Source of the DNA: Selaginella moellendorffii
Lineage: Eukaryota; Plantae; Lycopodiophyta
Reading direction: 5' to 3'
NCBI RefSeq assembly: GCF_000143415.4
Contig: NW_003314275.1
Coordinates: 2,027,419-2,091,418, forward strand
Length of the DNA: 64,000 bases
Part shown: positions 24,636 to 37,595 of the stretch, piece by piece
How the letters are laid out: each line of letters opens with the position of its first letter
Position numbering within the stretch: position 1 is the first letter of the stretch
Program-made: the position numbers and the translations under genes
The notes under the pieces: model-generated
Told to the model about the DNA's origin: nothing
What the model saw: only the letters and a program-made list of their open reading frames with translations
The model's database searches: none

Positions 24636-27600
24636 TCCCATCTGATGAACTCTTTGTCATTTTGGTCATGCTTTCGGGGTTCCTTTAGCTTACGACACCT
24701 CGGCGAGTTGGTTCCTTACAACTCCACCACCCATAGAAGAAGTTCGATGCCCACATCGAATGTCTCTTTTTTACCCTACAACTTGTTGACCATGTCTCCG
24801 GGGGCATCCCCCCATTTAGCGGTGTGCCTAAGTTAGCCTCCCTGGCCAAGAGCCCATGACAACGGAATATAGGTGTCCCTATACTCCTCACCTCACCACG
24901 CCCTAGTATGGGGTCGGGACTTGAACCCAACCTTGCTTTACTAGGGGGTTGGGACTTGAACCCAACTTTCATAAAATACGTCTACGGATTCGACATCCCC
25001 ACAAGGAGTCGGGCGTAGCTCCCTACGCCTGGTCGACCTAGCTAACCCATGCTAATTAGCTTACCTTTGGCGCGCCTTCGGGTCCCAACATATGCCATTG
25101 CTCAACTTCTCAAATTGATACTTTTAATTGAACTTTGCATAAGTACATAGAGTTCTGCCTTGCAGAAATTCCTCCACTAGATCTCGCGCGTTCGCTAGGT
25201 TTTCCTCCGGTTCCCATGTTGCTTCGCAGTGTGGAAATCCTTTCCACTTCACATGGAACTCTCTCACCTCGCGTCCTTGTCGCTTGCTCTTGCGCGCATT
25301 GAGGATGGCCTCCACTTTGTATTCCTCTTCCCCTTGGATAACCTCAGGTAAAGGTCTTACTTGGTCCTTGCGAAGTGGATCCTCAAAATACGGCTTGAGT
25401 AAGTTCATGTGGAACACAGGATGCATCTTCCCCATCTCTCGAGGAAGTCGGAGACAGTAAGCCACTTTACCGATTCGAGCCTCAATCTCATAAGGCCCCG
25501 CGAACCTGCTTAAGGAACTCAAGATCAATTCATTTACAGGAATACATGCATTTTTACTTTTGGGTCAACTTTCAGCTGATCCCACTTGGTAGCCTGAAGT
25601 TCTTGGTGTTCAGCCACACCTTCTCCCCAGCTTGGAACTCTACGTCCCGGCGCTTCTGGTTTGCGTACTTGGTTTGCCTTTGTTGCGCCCGTTCCAAGGA
25701 ATCCCTCACGAGATTCCAAATGTTGAGTCTTTCCGCTGTGAATGCCTCCACTACGGGTAGCTCTCCATGATACTCGGCCACGCCGAGTTCCACAGGACCT
25801 TCAATAGCTCGCCCATTGATGACTTCCCATGGACTCACCCCGATACTCGAATGTGGTGAGTTGTTGTAACACATTTCCGCAAGTCCCAAATGACTTACCC
25901 AATCGGTCTGGTCTCCCGAGACATAGCATCGTAAATAATCCTCCAGCTGCCTATTCACCCTTTCCATTTGTCCGTTTGTCAAGAAGTGTTAGTGCCACCA
26001 AACTTGACTTAATACCCCATACCTGTCTGTGGGTGATAGGCTGTGCTGAATTTCAACTTGGTGCAATACTGTTCCAGGAGGGTCCTTCAGAACCTACTAA
26101 TGAAGATCTTATCTCGATTTGAGATGATCTCTTCCGGCCGTCCCCGCACTCGAACCACTTGTTCGAAGAACAATTTCGCCACACCTTCCGCATCCACTTC
26201 CGTTATGGTGGGTATGAAATATGCCATTTTCGAAAATTGGTCCACCACCACGAATATCGCATCAAACCCCTCGTTTGGGGGAAGTCCCATGATGAAGTCT
26301 ATCGTAAGACATTTCCACGGACAATCTGGAATTGGGATGTTTTGCAACAAGCCCCCACTAGCCTTAGTCACGGCTTTGACCTGCTGACATGTTGGACATG
26401 TCTTTACATAGTCTTGGACGTCCTTAGCCATATCTGGCCAATGGTACTTCCTCTTGAGTAAGCCCATCGTCTTAAGCACTCTGCCGTGTCTCGCAAGAGG
26501 TCCATCATGACACTCTTCTAAAGCTACCTTCCTTAGTTCCCCTTCTGGAACATACACCCTTGTTTGCTTGTAATAGATGAGTCCGTTGCGTTCCGCATAG
26601 CCCGTTTTCTCTTCCGTTGGCAGCTCACCTCTCTGGTGAGCTTCCCGTGCCTCTAGATTCCTTAGCAACACTTCTTGTGCTAGACCATCGTTCTCATATG
26701 CTGTCCGCACATCGTCCCAGAAGGTTGCTGTTGCGTTGGATATCGCCAACCTCAAGCTCGCTTTTCGACTTAGCGCATCCGCTACGATGTTTCTCTTCCC
26801 AGGTTTGTACAGAATTTCGCAATCAAACTCGGCCAAGGCATTGGCCCACCGACCTTGTTTCCCTCTCAGGTCGGGTTGTGACAAGAAGTGTTTCATTGCC
26901 ACATTGTCTGTGTAAACCTTGAAGTGTCTCCCAAGGTAGTGTCGCCACTCCTTGAGCGCCTTGACCACCGCAAACAATTCCTTCTCGTGGGCATGCCACT
27001 TCCGTTGAGCCTTGTCCAACTTCTTCGAGAAGAACGCTACTGGATGGTTGTCTTGCTTCAAAACTGCGCCCAACGCAAAGTCTGAAGCATCCGTTTTTAC
27101 CTCAAAGTCCTTACCAAAGTTTGGTAATGCCAACACAGGAGCCTTCCTCAACTTCCTTTTGAGGTGGACGAATGCCGCTTCGCATTCAGCTGTCCATACC
27201 ATCTTCCCTTTTCCTGTTTGGTCCGTTAAGGGCAAGGTTACTCTCGAATAGTGTCTGATAAATTTTGGTAGTAGTTGCATAGCCCCAAGAATGCCCTCAA
27301 CTCATGTACATTCGATGGTCGCTCCCATTCCTGGATCGCTTGGACCTTCTCCGGGTCCACCTTGAGCCCGTCCTAGCCCACCACATGCCCGAGAAACTTT
27401 ACCTCTTGTTGAGCAAAGTCACATTTGCTCTCTTTAGCATACAGTTTGTGTTCCCTTAGTTTCTCAAACACCTTCACCAAGTGTTCGGCATGCTCCTTTA
27501 GCATCTCGCTATAGATCAGGATGTCGTTGATATAGACGACCACGAAGTGATCCAGATAGGGTACAAAGATGTGGTTCATCAACGCCGAAAACATTGCCGG

Positions 27601-30257
27601 CGCATTGCACAACCCAAAGGGCATCACCAGAAACTCAAAGCTCCCATACCTCGTTCGACAAGTTGTCTTCTCGACATCTTCCTCAGCTACCCTGATCTGG
27701 TAGTATCCTGACCTTAGGTCAATCCTCGAGAAGTATTTTGCCTTTTCCAACCTATCGAACAGGTCCTCAATCCTTGGCAAAGGGTATTTGTTCTTCTTGG
27801 TATACTTGTTGAGCAACCGGTAGTCTATGCACATGCGCATAGATCCATCTTTTTTTTTCACAAATAGCACCGGCGCCCCATACACAACTTGCTCAACCTA
27901 ACATACCCTTTGTCCACCAACTCCTCTAGTTGGCGCTTGAGCTCCGCGAGTTCTTTTTCGTTCAATCGATAGGGTGGACGAACCACCGCCTCAGCACCCT
28001 CGACCAGCTCAATCTTATGTTCTATCGGTCGTGCGGGGGGCAACCCCGCCGGTAGCTCCTCCGGCATGGTATCCTGGAATTGGTCCAACACCTGCTGGAT
28101 CACTAAAGGTACTTCTTCCGTTCTAGTCTTTTTGTCACTTCTCACCTTGTCCTCTTGTGGACACCAGGTTCAGGCACGAATCTTTGGCCTTGCATTGCCC
28201 TACCTTTAGATCCTGGGCCTCCACCCTAGATGTTCTTCCTTGGGCATTCGCCAGTATCACAAGGTTCCTACCTTGTCCATGCAGGGCTACCACGAACCGA
28301 TTAAACCAATCCATTCCGAAGATCACATCAAATCCCGCCATGTCCAACGCGGTGAAATCCATGTCTACTTTCCATGTCCCTACTTCGACTCTCGCTTGTC
28401 GAAGTACCTCATCGGTGCTTTGGCTACCTTGAACAAACTCTATAATCCTTGGTTCGCCTAGCCGCTGCACCGTTAGTCTGGCTTGCCGAACTATGTCTGC
28501 AGCCACAAAATTATCCGAAGCACCCGTGTCAATAAGGATCTTAACAAAGTTACCTCTTAGCTTCCCTCAGAGGGCTAGTAGATGTCGCGAACGACTTTCT
28601 ACCAAAGTTGCTCGTGTAATGAGTAACTTTGCGTTAGGGACTGGATCACATACCTCAGTTTGGACTTCACCCGACTTGATGGCCATATTGGCTCTGGCCT
28701 TTTTCGGGTAGGGACATTCCCTCGAAAAGTGTCCCGCTTCACCGTAGTTGTAGCATACGTTGTTTCCCACACTACTATACGACTTGACCTTCTTATCCAT
28801 GGGTTTGTCTTTTTTCACTTGACTCCCCCACGTACTCACTCGCTGGCCACCGAATTTGCCTTTCCGGAACCCCGAGGACTCATTCTTAGAGAAACTCTTC
28901 TTGAATTTCCCCCTGCTATACGTTCCCCTTGGTTTGGCCCCTTTGCTAAACGTGGATCCCGACCCCGTCGTGTTCCCCTTTCGCAAGTTATCATTGAAAT
29001 GCACCTTGATGGCCGCATCCAACGCTTCCTTGTAGTTGGTCGGGTTCCAACGCATCACCTCACCGCGAGCCCAGGTTTGCAAACCTGATATGAAGGCATG
29101 GAACGCATCCATATCCCCCATGTCCGTGACCAGTATCCTCTTTGCCATGAACCCATTCACATATTCTTGGATGGTTCCAGTCTACTTCAGCCTACTCAGC
29201 TCATCTCTCAGATGCAGAGTGGCATTCGGAGGAACGTATGTTGCGCGAATCCTCGCCTTCATCATGTCCCAAGTGGCCACTAGTCCTTTGTTGGCCTCCG
29301 TCGTTCTCCACCAAGACTTGGTATTATCTGCCAAGTATGGCTTTGCACATGGGACCTTCTCCGAGCTCGGTAATCGCAACGCTCGGAAGTAATCCTCCAT
29401 ATCGTAAAACCAATCCTCCACCACCTTATAGTCATTCACTCCCTTGAAGACCGGTGGGGGCTTTGGTTTGTACTTGGGAACTGCCTGAGGGACTGATTCT
29501 ACTTCGGTCTGTTCGACCTTGTTTGGTTCTGCCTCAGTCCCTGCCGAAGGGTCCGCACATTCTGCGCTGCTAGCATTCGCAGTCTTTCTCTTTTTCTTCC
29601 GCTTCTCGTCACGCTTTAGCTTGTGTACGAGAGTCTCCAGCAGGGCATTGGTTTGTGCTAACTGTCCTTCTAGTATGTCCAATCGAGCCTTGGACGACCG
29701 AACCTCGCCACTGGACTCCTGTTTGGAAGTTTCCTCACTAGAGCCCTCCTCATGCAAGGATTCCTCATCCATAGCCTCTTGTTCGACCGGAGGCTTCAGC
29801 TCCGGCGGAGGTTCCGTCTCCGCCTGGGTTCGCTTATGCCCTGCCCTTGCCATCTCCCAGCAATCCGCCTCTATCCTTTGCTAAAACTGAGGAAAAGGCT
29901 CCGATACCAAATTTTAAGCCACAAATTTTTCCTTTCCAATTTGCTAGCTTACCTCGTCTATCCGACCAATGCTGCCTTGGCTTGTGCTAAGTTCCCTTGC
30001 CAAGGTTCTCGCCTATTGTACCAGCTCCTACTTGGTCCTACTTGGTTTCAGCTACTCACTGCACGAGCAACGGAGTGTTAGCCATCCATCTACGAATTCC
30101 CAAATCTCTCATAATCCCCCTCCCCGGGTTAGACTGGATTTAAGGTTCGGCTACACTCCCCGCAGGCACAAGCAACCAAGCACACCAAGCCTCCCGGTTC
30201 CTAACACCCCTTGGTACAACAAGATTTGATCATGGGACCCTCTAAATCCCAAGCCTT

Positions 30258-31940
30258 GATTGTCCATCTATTGATCTTTGAGTTTGGGCCAGTATAAGCA
30301 GACTGGCTTCGGCACTTCGTGTGCATGTTGAAATCTCTAGTCATGGGGTAGTTATAGTCGACTGGTCACATAACCCGCCTCATTGTCGATGTTCCTTATT
30401 CCGTTGAAAGGGCGTGACCGTGTAAACAACTCTAACTGCCTGTTTACAGTAGTCTATCTAAACCTTACCAATGGGTTTGGTTTCTTTGCTTATGAGGGTT
30501 GGGGCCTTTGGCTTCTCTCTCTATGTTCTTGCAGGCAGAGGCATATCACACTTTTGTAAGCTGGGTGACTCCCAGAGCAGCAAGGGTGGCTACCTCCGTT
30601 AGTCATTTCCTTGTCGGCGACGGCCGGAAAGTGTCTGAGCTGGTAGCGCATCCGCGTTAGACAAAGAGGTTGCCCACTCACTCATTTAAGTTGGTGCATT
30701 TCTCACATAGTGTGAGTACCGTGAACTTTTTCTCGAGTTGTTTCCTTGGCAGTATTTTAGACTCGAGTATGCATCAACGAAGACGTCGATCTTCCCAAGG
30801 GGGGGAGAGTGTCATGAATGTGACTTCGGGTATCGAAAGTTACCTGTCGACTAGTCCTTACGGACACTCTTACCTTATTGCCACGATGGCAAGAGGTCAG
30901 TATTGCTGGTTCCCTTTATCAGCCCCTCTTGTTCAAGTGTTAGTTTACTGGGCTTAGCACCTGTACTTAGCCAGATGGACATAAGGTAGGAACTCCTATG
31001 TGTTTCTAGCTAAGCATACTCGGCCTGGCTCTTAGTTCTCTTTTGCTCTGTCTTGCATTGGCTTGACAAGAACCCTCGCGTATTGAGATTGGTCCCTCAA
31101 TATCGCTAGATGATAGCTTACCGTGTTTGCCAAACACCCTCGCTATCATGCCCTTTGTGTTGGTCTCATTTCGGTCCCAAATACTATTTATAGAAAGTGT
31201 CTAGATTTGCTCATTTGGCATATCTACGGAATGTAGAGATCGGCTTGAACACAATGGTGTTCGTCCCGTATCCAAATTCGCATTCTAGTGCCATTCCATA
31301 TTTAGTAAGTTTCGAGCTTGTCCCAAAGACTAACTCCTAATACTAAGGGAGGCTTGGGGTGAAAGCCCAAAGCGTGTGTTCCTCAAAGGGGGGGGGGATG
31401 TGGGGGGTTCCAAATGTATAGTAGGGATAGTGGGTAGGTCGGGCATGGCTGACCAACCTGAGGCATAGTTTAGCTCCCGCTTGTGTGCCTGTCTTTGTTC
31501 TGCGTCCGGCTTGGGTCTAAGCCCAAGTTCCATTCCATGCTAGTTGGTGGAGTACCCATATCCTCACGTTAGGCCACCGGTATGCCGAAATAGCGTCAGA
31601 CTCTGTTTGGCTCCGTTTTGCATGCTAGTCCTGGCATTGGGATGCTGGTTACTCTAGGACTGTTCCAAGTCGCTCCGGGCTCCTGTCCCTTTGCTCCTTG
31701 GGCTTTATGCTCGGGAGTTGCTCCGTGGTTCAGTTCCGCCACTCCATGGCATCATGCTTAGGAGTTTGGCACCGTTCCTTCGTTCAGTGGCCCAAGGCCT
31801 TGAACCTCGGGTTCCCATGGACACGTGGCATGGACACGTGGCATCTGTCACGTGGCACAAAGAGGGTTTAGGTTCCGCTTCGTGGTGTTATTTTATGGTA
31901 AATCACCATAGGATAAAGGGTCAAAACCACATGCACTACA
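30258..31940 (+). mobile_element. 3' end (UTR, PPT, LTR) of a second gypsy family embedded in the 5' LTR of element A
   Basis: PPT GGGGGGGAGAG, then TGTCATG at 30810, ending ...ACTACA at 31940. 30290-30840 is the reverse complement of 37600-38150. Confidence 0.75.
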
Positions 31941-32474
31941 CTCGATCTCGGACCCGATCTCGGACCCGACCTCGGACTCGACCTCAAACTCGGTCTCGGA
32001 CCCGATTTCGGATCTCGGACTCCATCTCGAACTCGGTCTTGAACTCGGTCCCCAAGTCAACCTCGGACTTGATTCCAGACTCTATTTCGAACTCGGTCTC
32101 CGAGTCGGTCTTGGATTCGATCTTCAACTTGGTCCCATCCGATGAACTCTTTGTCATTTTGGTCATGCTTTCGGGGTTCCTTTAGCTTACGACACCTCGG
32201 CGAGTTGGTTCCTTACAAAAGGCCCTTCAAAAACATACCAAATGGACTTGCTGAAAATGCGACAAACGGAAATCAAAAGGATAAGCTGATTTCTTCGGGT
32301 GGGCGCAAAATCTATGAGAATCACAAACATAAAAAAAAAATACACTCTCTTATCCACACATGATGTGCAGTCTGCCATCACTTATTTAGACAATTGTCTT
32401 AGCATGAGACCATGGGTTAATAGATGATCTAGTGTTTTTCTTTCTTTTCTATTGTAATTAAGAAGTGAAAAGTA

Positions 32475-33269
32475 TCAATCAAACCACAATATGTAAAAGC
32501 CAATAAGAAAAGCACTATAGAATAGCTCCAGAGAAACAAGCTTTTTCAAAGACAAATTCTTGAGTTTATTACTAGCAGAACTACTTTTTTGTAGATGCAC
32601 AGAGGTCACAGTGCAACATACCAGCTTGCCGTCACTGTTGGCCGCGAGAGTGGCCATTTCCACGGCCTCTCCGTTGCTATACCTGCAACTCAGCTTGCCT
32701 CCCTCCAAAGAGCAGCTGGCTTTGGGATCCGAGGTACATGTCTTGACATCCAGGGAAGCATTGTCATTCTGTGTACTGTCCAATTTCTTGCAGGAAGCCA
32801 CCAGCACGCCAGTGGCCTGGTCATAAGAAATAGGAGTGCAACTATCAAGAAATTTATTGCAGGTGCCGGAGCCATCGTTTGTGTTGCAACACACCATGCT
32901 TCCATCATTGTTGCCTGCATAATTCTCCATATCAACGGGGAGGGAGTTGTCATTGGTACAAGAGAAGATTGGAGATTTGCTTGATCCCTGTCCCTGGAGT
33001 TCGCAATTGGCCACTCCACCACACTCGTCTGTGCTCAAACTTGAATTGTGTGTAGAGCCATTGACCATTTTGCATGTTGCTTTCAGGACGTTGTTTCTAT
33101 AAGAGAGGGGTGTACAACTTTTCAAAAAGCCTCCACATGATGAATCACAACTCTACAAGAACCCAAATCAAATTTCCTGGCCGCAGAAGAATTTTCTTTG
33201 GTGTGAGCTTACCACGAGTAGAAATGTGTTGATTACAAACACCAACAACGTGCACACAAGCTTTGGCAT
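32475..33269 (-). CDS. CVNH-like protein, copy 4, with a hydrophobic (GPI-signal-like or TM) C-terminus
   Basis: Exon 1 at 33213-33269 and exon 2 at 32475-33152. Ends ...SSSASNKLKNLSLKKLVSLELFYSAFLIGFYILWFD*. Confidence 0.82.
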
Positions 33270-33432
33270 TGTGCTACGATAGTTAAGGTGATTTCTAATG
33301 TTCATTAGAAAAAATTGTGATGTCTTTGAGCTTTGTTAAATCCGGAATGCACACTAAAGGACGAAATACCATGTCTTATTTCTTGAAGTTCTTTTGTTGA
33401 CAATTGTGCATTATTTTATTCTTTTTTTTCAA

Positions 33433-33680
33433 AAGGTGAAGAACAATGCCTCGAACTTTCGGGAGCCTGGTTGCCAGGTCCACTGTCGGGTCACTTCCCA
33501 TGGACTTTTCATAGAGCACCACATCCTCTTCTCTCGAGCCATAAGCACTGATAGGCAGCTTCCACGTCCGCGTACGTGTTTGCTTCACTCGGCTGGAAAA
33601 AGATGGACTCCAAAGTGAAAAACTTAACCAGAGTTCATGGCCAAGTACAAGAACAATGAAAAACTGCAAAGTTCCTCTAG
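33433..33680 (-). pseudogene. ABHD17-like exon 3 fragment
   Basis: Duplicate of 5935-6185. Confidence 0.8.
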
Positions 33681-33909
33681 AGTATAAAAGAAAATATATT
33701 TCCACGGCCACCAGCTTTCCTAAGTTCCTTCTCTCGGAGTGTATGTCCAAAGTGGGAAAGACAAGGTGCTTCTAGTCTGCCATCACAACAGCTGTGATCT
33801 TCATGTAAATTTGCAAATATTTATGTAAAAGCCAAGAATAGCTCTAGAGATCAACAAGCTTTTCCAAAGACCTTTATTGTACTGAATGTTTTTATTATCT
33901 TCCTTCTGC

Positions 33910-34584
33910 TTAAACTGGTGCCAGTGCAGAACTGCAACATGCCACATTTCCATCATTGTTGGTTGCCAGAGTGGCCATTTTCACGGCCTCTCCGTTGCTA
34001 TAGTTGCAACTCAGCTTGGCTCCCTGCAAAGAGCAGCTGGTATTGGGATCTGAGGTACACGTCCTAACATCCAGGGAAGCATTGTGATTCCATGTAGTGT
34101 CCACTTTCTCGCAGGAAGCCCACAGCATCCCGGTGGTCGGGTCGTAAGAAGTAGGAGTGCAACTGTTGAGAAATCCACCGCAGGTGCCAGACCGATTACT
34201 TTTCCTGCAACACACCATGTTGCCGTCGTTGTTGCCCGCATATTCCTCCATATTGACGAGGAGGGAGTTGTTACCGGTACAAGAGAAGGTTGGAGCTGAT
34301 AGGCTTGATTCAGGCTGCTGGAGCCTGCAATTGGCCACTCCACCGCACTTGTCTGTGCTCAAGCTTGACTCGTGCTTAGAGCCATTGACCATTTGGCAAC
34401 TTGCTTTCAGCACATTTTCCCTATAAGAGATGGGTGTACAGGTTTTCAGAAAGCCTCCACATGATGAATCACAACTCTACAAGAAGCCAAATAAAGTTCT
34501 TTGGTCGCAGAAGAATTGTGAGCTTACCACGAGTAGGAATGTGTTAATTACAAACACCAACAAAGCACACACAAGCCTATGCAT
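33910..34584 (-). CDS. CVNH-like secreted protein, copy 5
   Basis: Exon 1 at 34528-34584 (MHRLVCALLVFVINTFLLV) and exon 2 at 33910-34476. Frame is open and ends CCSSALAPV*. Confidence 0.82.
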
Positions 34585-35260
34585 TGTGAAATTGCTCCAA
34601 GATGGTCTACGTGGTGTTCTCTCGTTAGTTTTAAGTGATATCTTTGATCTTTGTTAGATCCGGAATGCACTTAACGACGAAATACTAAAACTATTATTAG
34701 TTCACACGTGATTTGGCAATGCATACCAATGTGCATTTTGTTAAAGAGCGAGTGGTGTAAATAAAACATGGATATGAACGAGAATAAGAACTTGGCCAGG
34801 AGCACAACAATGCTCATAGCTCTGGAAACACCAAAAGCTTGGTACTTCCAATGTTTCACTGTTACTTTACGCGTCTGGGATTATATCTCGGAGGAATTCA
34901 GCAAACGAACGGCTCACGAGATCGTCAAAACAGCTTACTCTACTCTGTCGGCCTCAATGCATCTTGGTGGGTGCCACGAGACCCTGTAAATAGCTAATGA
35001 ATGAATGAATGAATATCCCCAGGATCCACTATATCCTTTAAAGCTCGTCTCGCTACCATCAACACTTCTGGAACCCCTGCCAATCACGTCGTCTTTGGAT
35101 GAGGTCCCAATGACGGTCATGCGGCTCGGCTCTATCTTCGTCTCGACACTTCGTGGCTCTTCTCATAACAAGATATAAAATTTCTTTGAAGTGAGCAGCG
35201 TAAAAAGCTCTTGTAATAAGTGGTGTGTTTCATAAAAATACGAGCGTTTTTTCTTTCTCG

Positions 35261-35967
35261 TTAGTAAGACCGGGTCCTTTCGATCCCTCGCCCGTTCCTT
35301 GGGCCACCGGATTTCTAAAGAGACATGATAAACTTCTGATATACTCTGGATAGAGCTCCAAGTTGCAGTGACCCCCTCCTTTGACCCACAGTGGCTCGTA
35401 CTTTTCCTTGCAAAGATCCCACAGCTGCTTGCCGTGCGAGCAATCCACAACTTCGTCGCTGGTACCCTGTGAAAATGAAGATCAGATTCCTCACCTACAA
35501 CTTGAACCAAGTGGGGAAAAGAAGAAAGAATAAAGAATAAACTTTATCACTTAGATGAGCACGGGACAATTCACGCGTCTTATCTTTTCAATGTTCTGCA
35601 AGGAACCGAAGGTAGGAAAATCAAATCAAAGAACTCTCTTCTCATAACTAGTATGTTCTTTTGACGGGGTACATAACACGCAAGCCGGAAAGGATTGGAC
35701 TATGAAGAACAACGCCTCGAACTTTCGGGAGCCTGGCCGCCAGGTCCACTGTCGGGCCACTTCCCACGGACTGTCCATAGAGCACCACATCCTCTTGTCT
35801 CACGCCATAGTCTCGCTCCAAGCACTGATAGGCAGCTTCCACGTCCGCATACGTGTTTGCTTCACTCGGCTGGAAAAAGATGGACAGTCCAAAGTGAAAA
35901 CCTTAACCAGAGTTCATGGCCAAGTACAAGAACAATGAAAAACTGTAAAGTTCCTGCAGCTAAAAGA
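35261..35967 (-). pseudogene. ABHD17-like truncated copy
   Basis: Exons 3-5 only, with a premature stop (KRTY*) and deletions; cut by copia sequence. Confidence 0.87.
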
Positions 35968-37595
35968 GATGATGATTTTCTTGTGAAATCTCACTTTTCC
36001 AGGAACAAGAATGATCCGAATATCTACTTTAAACGAATGGGAGATGAAGTGATTTACATCGCTGTGTACGTAGACGACACCCTACTCATTTGCAACAGCC
36101 TTGTTTTCCTAGCTAAAATCAAGGTGGCTTTCTCATCTCATTTTGAGATGAAAGACCTTGGTGAAGCTCGCTATTGCCTTGGCATCCAGATTGATTGCAG
36201 ACAAGATGGCTCCCTCTTTTTGCATCAAACCAAGCATGTGGAAGATGTCCTGCAACGATTCACCATGGACTCTTGTGCGCCTGCACACATGCCAATGGTT
36301 GCTGGCTTAAGAGGATACGTCTCCTTCTACAGACTTAGATAGGAGGAAAATGGCGAACGTTCCTTACTGAAGTGCTGTGGGAAGCATGATGTACCTGGTG
36401 GTGTGCACACGACTAGACATTGCCTTCTCAGTGAGCATGGTAAGCAGGTTTCTCGACAATCCAAGCCTTGCACATTGGCAAGCAGTAAAAAGAATCTTTT
36501 GGTACTACTTTTGGCTTACTTTACACGCCAAAAGTCACAAGCGTACTGTGATTCGGACTGGGCTGGCTGCCCAGATTCACGAAGATCACACACAGGCCAT
36601 TTTTTTTTAGCTTGCATCAAGCAGCTCTTTCTTGGAGCAGCAAGAAACAGAGTGTTGTGGCCTGCTCTAGCTGCAAAGCTGAGTATATGGCCGCTAGCGC
36701 TGCTTGCAAGGAGGCCATCTGGCTTGGCCGTCTTCTAACAGACATGGAACACTCTCTTCCAGGTTCAACAGCGATCTATTGTGGCAATCAGGGCTACATT
36801 GCCTTAAGCAAGAATCGCAAGATCAACTCAAGAACGACACCATTTTCTTCGAGACTAGTATGAAGATGGAATCATCGAGCTTGTGTATTGTCCTACTCAG
36901 GACATGCTTGCTGACGTTCTGACCAAGGCACTCTCCCAGCCGAAATTTTCTCAGTTTCAAGCCGCACTTGGCATCTGCGAGACTGTTAACGTGGCAAGCC
37001 GTACAACGTACGGACAGACACCAGTGGCAACTATTCAATGGTCAAATACAGCAGTCTTGGCATGAATGCCGTTCTCTCAGTCAGCAGGCTGCTAAGTTCA
37101 TTCTTGTTTGATGGCACTCTATATTGCTGACATGGAGATGGCACACTGCTCTGTTGTTGAAGCTTCACAACTCTTAGTTGCAACACATGACTATGGGAGT
37201 CATTTAGCTGCAATGAACACCAGCAAGAAGATACTATGTGTGGGGTACTTTTGGCCCACACTCTACAGTGACAGTGCCCAGTATCCCAACCATGTCAACA
37301 ATTTCAGACTGTTTGTCTACATGATAAACATCTGCTATATCCGATTCACCCAGAAGGATTGTTTATGCAGTGGAGTTTGGACTGTTCAGGACTTTGTGCT
37401 CTGGCCTCTAACAGGCACACCTACATTTTCATGGCTATAAATAGCATTACTAAATGGGCTGAAGCAGTTTCTTCTCTGGTTTCTGATCAGCAAACAACTG
37501 TTGACTTTCTGTACACACATTATTTTGGAGTTCTAAGGATCCTACTTTCTAATCGAGGATCACACTTCTTAGGTGCTATTGTTTTTGAGTTGACA
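35968..37595 (+). mobile_element. Ty1/copia RT-RNaseH remnant followed by gypsy-type integrase remnant (continues at 43727-44990)
   Basis: YIAVYVDDTLL, FEMKDLGEARYCLGIQI, YCDSDWAGCPDSRRSHTG, TQDMLADVLTKAL, then AINSITKWAEAV. Confidence 0.85.

Larger units (their letters stand above)
23615..32217 (-). mobile_element. Ty3/gypsy chromovirus LTR retrotransposon A, full length but mutated
   Basis: TG...CA ends with a 5-bp TSD AAAGG (23610-23614 and 32218-32222). 3' LTR at 23615-24720, 5' LTR from 29913, tRNA-iMet-type PBS TGGTATCGGAGC at about 29898-29909. Gag zinc knuckle, protease LIDTGAS, RT (YIND in place of YIDD), RNaseH TDASDFALGAVL, integrase, chromodomain VKWKGFPHCEATWEPEENL. Several frameshifts and stops. 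Confidence 0.95.

Noticed and set aside
24360-24669. ORFs with SEIE/SDS repeats (also 31691-32185)
   Set aside because: They are translations of the 6/12-bp tandem repeat inside the LTR; several frames on both strands are open.
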